Assembly: GCA_008080745.1 (NCBI GenBank)
Contig: SHMX01000001.1
Location: 420,001 to 452,000, forward strand
Direction of reading: 5' to 3'
DNA length: 32,000 nucleotides
From: Candidatus Thorarchaeota archaeon
Lineage (GTDB): Archaea > Asgardarchaeota > Thorarchaeia > Thorarchaeales > Thorarchaeaceae
Numbering within the stretch: the stretch's first letter is position 1; every line of letters starts with the position of its first letter. Made by a program: the position numbers and the translations under genes. The notes beneath the pieces were generated by a model. It had not been told where the DNA came from. It searched no databases and saw only the letters and a program-made list of their open reading frames with translations. Of the stretch, positions 26,072-32,000 are shown piece after piece.

Positions 26072-26941
26072 ATGAGATATCCATCATATGGAGAAGATAA
26101 ACGAAGCGAACGTCCGGTTAGATTGGATAAGACAGAGGGACATATCATCATTGAAGGACGTACATACCCTGCAAGAGAGATAGTTGAAGCTCTAGCTCAA
26201 AGCGGATATGCAGAAATACGGTCTGATGGTGACTCATTGGTATTGGGCAGAAGGAGAATCACACCCATATTCAAATCAAGCCAAGAACGTGCAATGGCAG
26301 CTCTATGTCATGGAAGTCTTGCATATTGCTGTCCCCTTTCAAAGAGATGTGCGGTGAGAGCTAGGGCTTTGGAGATGCTGGGTCTATCCAAGGAAGATTA
26401 CAAGAAGATGAAAGAAGAAGCACATCACCATTATATCGAAGTTGCAAAAGGGCTTGTGAAATCTCACGATCCATGGTACGAAGAATCAAGACATTCAGCA
26501 AACCGACCAGCAGTAGATCGAGGTTATGGTGGAGATGACTATCGTCAAGATTTCGACGCCATTGAAAGAATGATTGAAGAAAGATCACGTCAGCGTGATG
26601 GAAGAAGACATTGGTCTTCCGAAAGGCGAGATGAATCTTCAACTCGAGGAGAATCCCCACAATTCCCAAGACGAGAGCAAAAGAGCCCATTTACCGATGT
26701 GGATGAAGATGGTTTCCTGACAGGAGAACGCAAATCTTCAGTGCGAATTAGAAGCGGAATGGCAGGTGGATGTCCAGTAGAAGAAGAAAAAATTGATGGT
26801 ATTGGTTCCTTATTCATGCAGGGTGAATTGAGTCCATTCAATGAAGATACGGAAGAAGAACCGAGTAGATTCTGTTTCTCATGTGGAAGAAATATCAGGG
26901 TAGGTACACGCGAGTGTCCTTACTGTGGAGCCTCACAGTAG
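26072..26941 (+). CDS. Protein with one methanogenesis-marker-9-like Cys motif, a charged disordered middle and a C-terminal zinc ribbon
   Basis: LCHGSLAYCCPLSKRCAVRARALEMLGLSKEDYKKMK, an R/E/D/S-rich linker, and FCFSCG...ECPYCG. Confidence 0.6.
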   Translation: MRYPSYGEDKRSERPVRLDKTEGHIIIEGRTYPAREIVEALAQSGYAEIRSDGDSLVLGRRRITPIFKSSQERAMAALCHGSLAYCCPLSKRCAVRARALEMLGLSKEDYKKMKEEAHHHYIEVAKGLVKSHDPWYEESRHSANRPAVDRGYGGDDYRQDFDAIERMIEERSRQRDGRRHWSSERRDESSTRGESPQFPRREQKSPFTDVDEDGFLTGERKSSVRIRSGMAGGCPVEEEKIDGIGSLFMQGELSPFNEDTEEEPSRFCFSCGRNIRVGTRECPYCGASQ

Positions 26942-26964
26942 AGGCTCACAATAAGTTCTTAGAA

Positions 26965-27999
26965 CTAGTAGTTTCCAATAGCTGCTTCACGACGTATTGA
27001 ATAATCTGTGGGATAGCTGAAAGTCGAAATAAATCTAGTAACTCCGGCTTCTTTTCCAAGCGCAGCTAACTCATCAAACTGGTCGATGGTTGAGATGCCC
27101 CACCGGAATAATGATACCGTTCCACCACGTCTCTTGAATTCGTTAGTAAAGTAGAGAGATTCAATTAGTTCATCATATTCTTTGCTGCCCTTTGATGGCA
27201 ATAGAGGTGACCATGGGTAGAGATTGATAGCTATACTTCCAGTAGTATTGTTGATACGTTGGTAATCATAACCATATTCCGCCTTTGCACCTTCAGAGAA
27301 TCCGGTTTCTGCGTCAAGAAGGACCTCGGCGGTTATTTTAAGGGGCTCTTCTCGCCCCATTTGGGTGTCAACATCTTTTGCAGCTTCCTTAAGGTATCCC
27401 AATCCCTCAATGACTTTGCCCTGGCGCCATTCATGCCATATCTTGCGGTAGTCATCATTCTCAATAATGTATTCAAAGGTCAAACGATCTGGTTCCTGAC
27501 CAACTAAGGGGGCAAAATCGTTTCTGCAACGATCACAGAAGCAAAACTTTTCACGAATGAATCCACTACCAAATACCAGAATCTCATCGATAGGATAGGA
27601 ACCAAGTTCTTTCACAATCTCTGCACCATATTGCCAATATTCCTCACGATTGGGGCAGATTTGATGTTCCATAGTCTTTCCTTTTGGAGTCATAGTTTGA
27701 TATTTGGGGTCTTTTGCAAACCAACCATCAGTGTAGTAATCCATGCTTACGACAGTCTTGATGTCTAGAGCATCGGTTAGGCTAATCCATTCCTCGAAGA
27801 AACCTGTGTATTGTTCTTCTACAGGTGCTGTTCGACTTTGATAGATGGTATAGCCATTTGGTCGTTTTCCAACGAGCCCAATCTCTGTACAATAGGAGGC
27901 ATATGTAGATAGGAATTCCTTCGCACCCATCTCAACATCCTCTGGCTTGAACAATATATTGAGCTTTTTCATAAAGAACTCGCGCCAGTTTGTCATCAT
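26965..27999 (-). CDS. Glycoside-hydrolase-like TIM-barrel protein (GHL10/GH42-like) with a CxCxxC motif
   Basis: ICPNREEYWQY...IV.EL..Y.IDEI, FCFCDRCR.DF and W..WR...V. No signal peptide. Confidence 0.5.
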   Translation of the reverse strand: MMTNWREFFMKKLNILFKPEDVEMGAKEFLSTYASYCTEIGLVGKRPNGYTIYQSRTAPVEEQYTGFFEEWISLTDALDIKTVVSMDYYTDGWFAKDPKYQTMTPKGKTMEHQICPNREEYWQYGAEIVKELGSYPIDEILVFGSGFIREKFCFCDRCRNDFAPLVGQEPDRLTFEYIIENDDYRKIWHEWRQGKVIEGLGYLKEAAKDVDTQMGREEPLKITAEVLLDAETGFSEGAKAEYGYDYQRINNTTGSIAINLYPWSPLLPSKGSKEYDELIESLYFTNEFKRRGGTVSLFRWGISTIDQFDELAALGKEAGVTRFISTFSYPTDYSIRREAAIGNY

Positions 28000-28247
28000 T
28001 GAAACCCCTGTTTATTCTTCGAATCTGTTATCAGCTACTTACCAAAGTAACGGCCCCGTATTTATGGCTTTGTTAGCTGAACCAAGATTTTTGTTAGATA
28101 TCAGGGTTTTATGTGCGATTCTAAGATAAAACATATCCGATTTTCCTCGAAATCGTAAAAATCATCCAAGAGAGCATATCTCATATCTGATAGATACGGT
28201 ATATACATTCCACTTTCAAGTGAACGTAGTGAGTCAATCCAATTCGA

Positions 28248-31200
28248 TTAGAAGAATTGATCCAATGTTGTGAATCCCAATAGCTCCTCAAAATCGATAC
28301 CTACCGACTCAAGTACCTGACCAAAGACAGACTTCAAGGTGTCCATGTATTTATCCTTATCAAGCCAATATGCCTGTTTCTCTGCCATCGGAATTGGCAA
28401 GACACCGTCATTATCCTTGGTTTTAATATATTCAATAATAGTTCCAGCTGGAACAGGATATCCCTCTTTTTCCAACATCATTGCAGCACGAACATGCTGG
28501 GGTTTTACTTTGCCATACTTTGATACATCTTTGGTCATCTGAACTCGGAATGCCAGCTCACTGGGAGAATAGGGTTCAGCTTTTCCCTCTAACCGGTCGA
28601 TAACATCATTCACAACCTCACGAATCTCCTCTTTGGCGGTCTCGAATCCTTCTGTCGAATCCACTTTGCTTAGGATGGTTAGCATATCACGGAAAGCATC
28701 TTGAACAAAATCAGGCGTATTACGCTTCTTCCCACTCAGACCTTTCACTTCAACATATCCAGACTGATATACTCCAATGTAGTTCTTCTTTCTATCCGAT
28801 AATGCTACATATTTGTAGGTCTTCTCAACTTCAAGATCGATACCAAGTTCATTTCTAGACCACTTGATTAGTTCTTCTTGTTGCTCTTTTGTTGGTGCAT
28901 CTAAGAATACCGAATCGGTGTTATGCAATAGAATTCCTCCAAGACCACCACAGAAATGATGGTTTTTGGTTTCCAAATCATACACCGGACCGTCAATATC
29001 AAATTCTTCAATATAGAGGATTTTCAAAGGTTTGTGTTTATGGGGTTCTGATTTTCTTATTTGGACCCTGATTGAATTCTCCTCATCTGGCCGAGTTGAT
29101 AAATAATAGTCATAGTCTAATCGTAGCAGTATCATTGTCAATCCTTGTAGCAAGGAATAATTTACGGACTCAAAACTAGTAACTTCGGTAGTGCTTTCTT
29201 GCCCACCCCCTGCAAGATAGCCCTGTAGAAATGAGTCTTGAGATTCTTGGGAAGCATCTAAAATGAATGAGGGCACTATTTTTTCTCCCGATTGACTTGA
29301 ATGAGCGCATTCAAAAAAGTGAACTAGTCTATCAGACTTGTCTATTGTTGAAAGATAACTCATACCATCAGATGCATCAACAATGGTAGTGGTTAATCCA
29401 AACCGCCAAAGAATCTCTTGACATTTTCTAAGAAGGTTTCTATCAGGATTAGTGATTCTCCAGTTATTTTTCTGTTTTCCACCTTCACTATATCTTTCAG
29501 ATGTTCCTTCAGATGCATAGAAACCAAATACCCATGCTAAGTCCAAATCGACCCTATTCTTTCCACCAAGAGTAAATTCGTATCGCTCTATTTCATCACC
29601 AACTTTCAAACTCTTAGGGCTTACTTCTTCACCTTTAATGATTAAAGAATGGTCTTCTGTTGTTTCGACATACGCCTTATCTGTCAAAATTCGATAACCC
29701 TTTTTCTTAACCTTGTGACAGAAAGAATAGAGGACTTTGCTCCATCCATGATCCGTCCAGACCTCCATATCTTCTTTGATTTCTCTAATTGCATCAGTAT
29801 TCGATTTGCTCAAATGAAGATCTTCAATGGGAACTATCTCTATGATTTCATTTCTTCTAATCATAACTGGGGTATTTGGCATTACACTGTCGCCGTACAA
29901 TACACGAACGCCCATAGATTCGGCTTTTTCTTTGGTCTTGATGATGGCATCGCGTCCGTAAGCTGTGACGCTCTCAGCTGCGGGCATACAGAATAATTCA
30001 AAATGCTGGGCACCAGTAACGCCGTAAGACGCATTGACATAAACTTTCAACGCCTTTTCAACAACTTTGTACCAGTCACGGATTTTGGAATCAAGGGTCT
30101 TATCTTTACTTTTTGATTTAAACCAGTTCACACGAGTGTCTCTGAAAAATCCAATTGTTTGGCTGATCATTCCAGTTCGCTCTTTGCAGATCCAATGATT
30201 GGTTTCAGGAACACGATTATCGGTACGATTCTTGCATGATTCATGTGAACAGTCTACGGTCTCGTAGCTGATATTATGACGTTTCATGATAGTGGGATAC
30301 AGACTGGCAAAGTCAAGCACAGTGGCATTGAAGTGCACTCCTGCAATGGGTTCGATTACAATCGCACCCTTGAAGCGCTTATCTTTAATCATCGCTTCCG
30401 TGTGTGCCTCGGTCGATTTCGTACTCTCGATATCCTCTTGTCGAGGAATGAGATAGTTATTGGTCCGATGAACTTGTCGAAAGAGTGACTGAATCCACGA
30501 TGAGATTCCAAAGCGTGTCACGTCTTCCATGGAGAGGCGAGAGATACGCATAAGCAGGATAATCAGTCGGAGAATGAGATTTTCATCATACTGGGTTATC
30601 TGCAAGGTAATATTTGCATCGAGCCAGCAGTAGTGAGCAAGTTCATAATAGGGTAGTTTTGAGATATCTGTGCTCAATTCAAGTTTACCAATATCTAGTA
30701 ATCCCTGAGCAATGCTATCAAGATTATTTTGTTCGTAGGCTCCAGAAAGAGCGTAGAGTCGGATAGAGGGGTTCTTGAGAAAGCGGTATAGGTCGATATG
30801 GATTCCTCTCTGGAGTAGTGCAATATCGCGTCCCAAATATATCGGACAGTGTTTTTGCATATCGATTTTCAATCGTTCTGCTCGATGATACAGATAATTC
30901 AGGTCGAATGCATCGCCTACAAAGGTTAAGAGGATTGGATAATTGTCGATGATTCGGAAAGTTTCAAGAAGCATTTGAGCCTCATTTTCAAAGAATACAA
31001 CGTCAAAATCCTCTGGATAATCAGGCCCTTTCTCTCCTAGAGGTATATTGTCCCGTTTCAAGACAAAGCACTTGTTGTAACCCTCATTATCTGAGAGACC
31101 GATAGCTGTTACCGGATAAGGTGCAGTATTTGCATCCGGTATGCGATTCTGTACAGGAGTATAAACCTCTATGTCCAAAGCAATTCTTCGGATATCAGGT

Positions 31201-32000
31201 ACTTCAGTGAAAAACATGGGAGCATAGGTATCAAGAATATCCTTGAACATCTCCTCATCAGCAAACATATCCTTGAATTTCTTGAGGATCTCCGAGTCTA
31301 CATCGGGAGGGGAGGGGGTCAATGAACCATTTTCAATTGAATAGGATAATCCAGGAACCAAGTCGAGATCATAAGTGTAACAATTTCTGTAACGAATATT
31401 TGCCTCCCAAGCACGACTAATGATAGTGCCATCAGGGGCCCGATCTACTAGCATCTCTCTGATAGAACCAGCATGACCGCCAATACTTAGTGGGTCCTCA
31501 GCGATTACTTTAGTCATCAGTTTCTCTTCATCTCGTAAGAGGTCTATGACTTTCACGGATTTCGTTTTGAAGGGGCCTCGAAAGCTTTGAAGTCTAAGAT
31601 CAACTGTTTGAGTGGTATAATCGGTATAGCAATAAGGTTGATGGCCCGTATTATCAAACCAGAAAAATAATTTCTTTTCTAATGGATCATACAATCGAGC
31701 AAATGCTTTCTTTTGAGGCCCGGCATAATCAACAGATAAGAGAATAGAGGGAGAGAGATCTCGAGGTTTATCACGATCTCCTGTCCGGAAGTCCAGACTT
31801 GTTTCATCAAACTCCATCTCTTCAGGAATCTCCTCCTCATCTCGATCCATTATAACAACAGTAGATGCATCCTTAGTTGTCTTCTTCTTTTCAGAGGTGG
31901 ATTTTGGTTCTGTACGCTCAGTTTTTTGAGGAGGGGATCTATCTTCTTTCTCCTCTGTTTCAAAAAATGTATCAAGGGTCTCTTGAGCGCCATCAGGTTC
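28248..32000 (-). CDS. polB: Family B DNA polymerase (B1-type), intein-containing, 5'-truncated by the window edge
   Basis: ExoI ALDIEVY, ExoII GDAFDL, ExoIII YCWLDA, motif A DFASLYP, motif B KVYVNASYG, and motif C YGD/TDS split by the intein. The frame stays open 50 codons past the track start (31850) to 32000. Confidence 0.95.
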   Translation of the reverse strand, partial: EPDGAQETLDTFFETEEKEDRSPPQKTERTEPKSTSEKKKTTKDASTVVIMDRDEEEIPEEMEFDETSLDFRTGDRDKPRDLSPSILLSVDYAGPQKKAFARLYDPLEKKLFFWFDNTGHQPYCYTDYTTQTVDLRLQSFRGPFKTKSVKVIDLLRDEEKLMTKVIAEDPLSIGGHAGSIREMLVDRAPDGTIISRAWEANIRYRNCYTYDLDLVPGLSYSIENGSLTPSPPDVDSEILKKFKDMFADEEMFKDILDTYAPMFFTEVPDIRRIALDIEVYTPVQNRIPDANTAPYPVTAIGLSDNEGYNKCFVLKRDNIPLGEKGPDYPEDFDVVFFENEAQMLLETFRIIDNYPILLTFVGDAFDLNYLYHRAERLKIDMQKHCPIYLGRDIALLQRGIHIDLYRFLKNPSIRLYALSGAYEQNNLDSIAQGLLDIGKLELSTDISKLPYYELAHYCWLDANITLQITQYDENLILRLIILLMRISRLSMEDVTRFGISSWIQSLFRQVHRTNNYLIPRQEDIESTKSTEAHTEAMIKDKRFKGAIVIEPIAGVHFNATVLDFASLYPTIMKRHNISYETVDCSHESCKNRTDNRVPETNHWICKERTGMISQTIGFFRDTRVNWFKSKSKDKTLDSKIRDWYKVVEKALKVYVNASYGVTGAQHFELFCMPAAESVTAYGRDAIIKTKEKAESMGVRVLYGDSVMPNTPVMIRRNEIIEIVPIEDLHLSKSNTDAIREIKEDMEVWTDHGWSKVLYSFCHKVKKKGYRILTDKAYVETTEDHSLIIKGEEVSPKSLKVGDEIERYEFTLGGKNRVDLDLAWVFGFYASEGTSERYSEGGKQKNNWRITNPDRNLLRKCQEILWRFGLTTTIVDASDGMSYLSTIDKSDRLVHFFECAHSSQSGEKIVPSFILDASQESQDSFLQGYLAGGGQESTTEVTSFESVNYSLLQGLTMILLRLDYDYYLSTRPDEENSIRVQIRKSEPHKHKPLKILYIEEFDIDGPVYDLETKNHHFCGGLGGILLHNTDSVFLDAPTKEQQEELIKWSRNELGIDLEVEKTYKYVALSDRKKNYIGVYQSGYVEVKGLSGKKRNTPDFVQDAFRDMLTILSKVDSTEGFETAKEEIREVVNDVIDRLEGKAEPYSPSELAFRVQMTKDVSKYGKVKPQHVRAAMMLEKEGYPVPAGTIIEYIKTKDNDGVLPIPMAEKQAYWLDKDKYMDTLKSVFGQVLESVGIDFEELLGFTTLDQFF
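28920..29888 (-). mobile_element. Intein (323 aa) at the pol-c site with a LAGLIDADG homing-endonuclease region
   Basis: Inserted in YGD|TDS. Block A SVMPNTPV, block B TTEDHSL, block C LAWVFGFYASEG, block E FLQGYLAGGG, block F VYDLET..HHF, block G ILLHN, with Thr at +1. Confidence 0.95.

Noticed and set aside
28031-28080. TCAGCTA/TAGCTGA inverted repeat flanking a TATA-like ATAAATA upstream of the GH-like gene
   Set aside because: Only 7-bp arms with a long irregular spacer, so it is indistinguishable from chance without comparative data.
28101-28208. 35-codon minus-strand ORF (MYIPYLSDM...) between polB and the GH-like gene
   Set aside because: No convincing SD or motif; this length is expected by chance.
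511-30488. Numerous 60-115 aa ORFs antisense to or nested in long genes
   Set aside because: Shadow frames of well-supported genes, with no motifs or ribosome-binding sites.
1-32000. tRNA, rRNA, CRISPR arrays, IS elements, prophage genes
   Set aside because: I saw no cloverleaf or T-loop motifs, regularly spaced repeats, transposase or viral hallmark ORFs. Intergenic gaps are short. A tRNAscan-SE or Infernal run would be decisive.

Overview
A gene-dense archaeal window, almost certainly from an Asgard archaeon (Thorarchaeia is my best guess; this is inference from gene content only). Housekeeping genes are tfb, argS, aspS, tldD/pmbA, DGGGP synthase, endonuclease IV, a Trm11-like methyltransferase and a B1-type DNA polymerase carrying a pol-c intein. 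Also present are a REC-PASx5 hybrid histidine kinase and a class III aminotransferase. The centrepiece is a five-gene ESCRT locus (12156-17196) with unusual domain architecture. One protein is Zn-finger/coiled-coil/GRAM-PH with a C-terminal steadiness-box-like hairpin in place of a UEV-type Vps23. The locus also has a Vps2/24/46-type ESCRT-III, Vps4, Vps25, and an apparent fusion of the Vps28 N-terminal ESCRT-I hairpin to a Vps22/EAP30 ESCRT-II domain. Other notable items are a secreted clan-CD (His-Gly...Ala-Cys) protease-like protein with a hydrophobic C-terminal half, a small wHTH gene missed by the ORF track, a single copy of the methanogenesis marker 9 motif, and a longin-like protein. 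I found no rRNA, tRNA, CRISPR array or IS element. All family calls come from motif recognition by eye, not from database searches.
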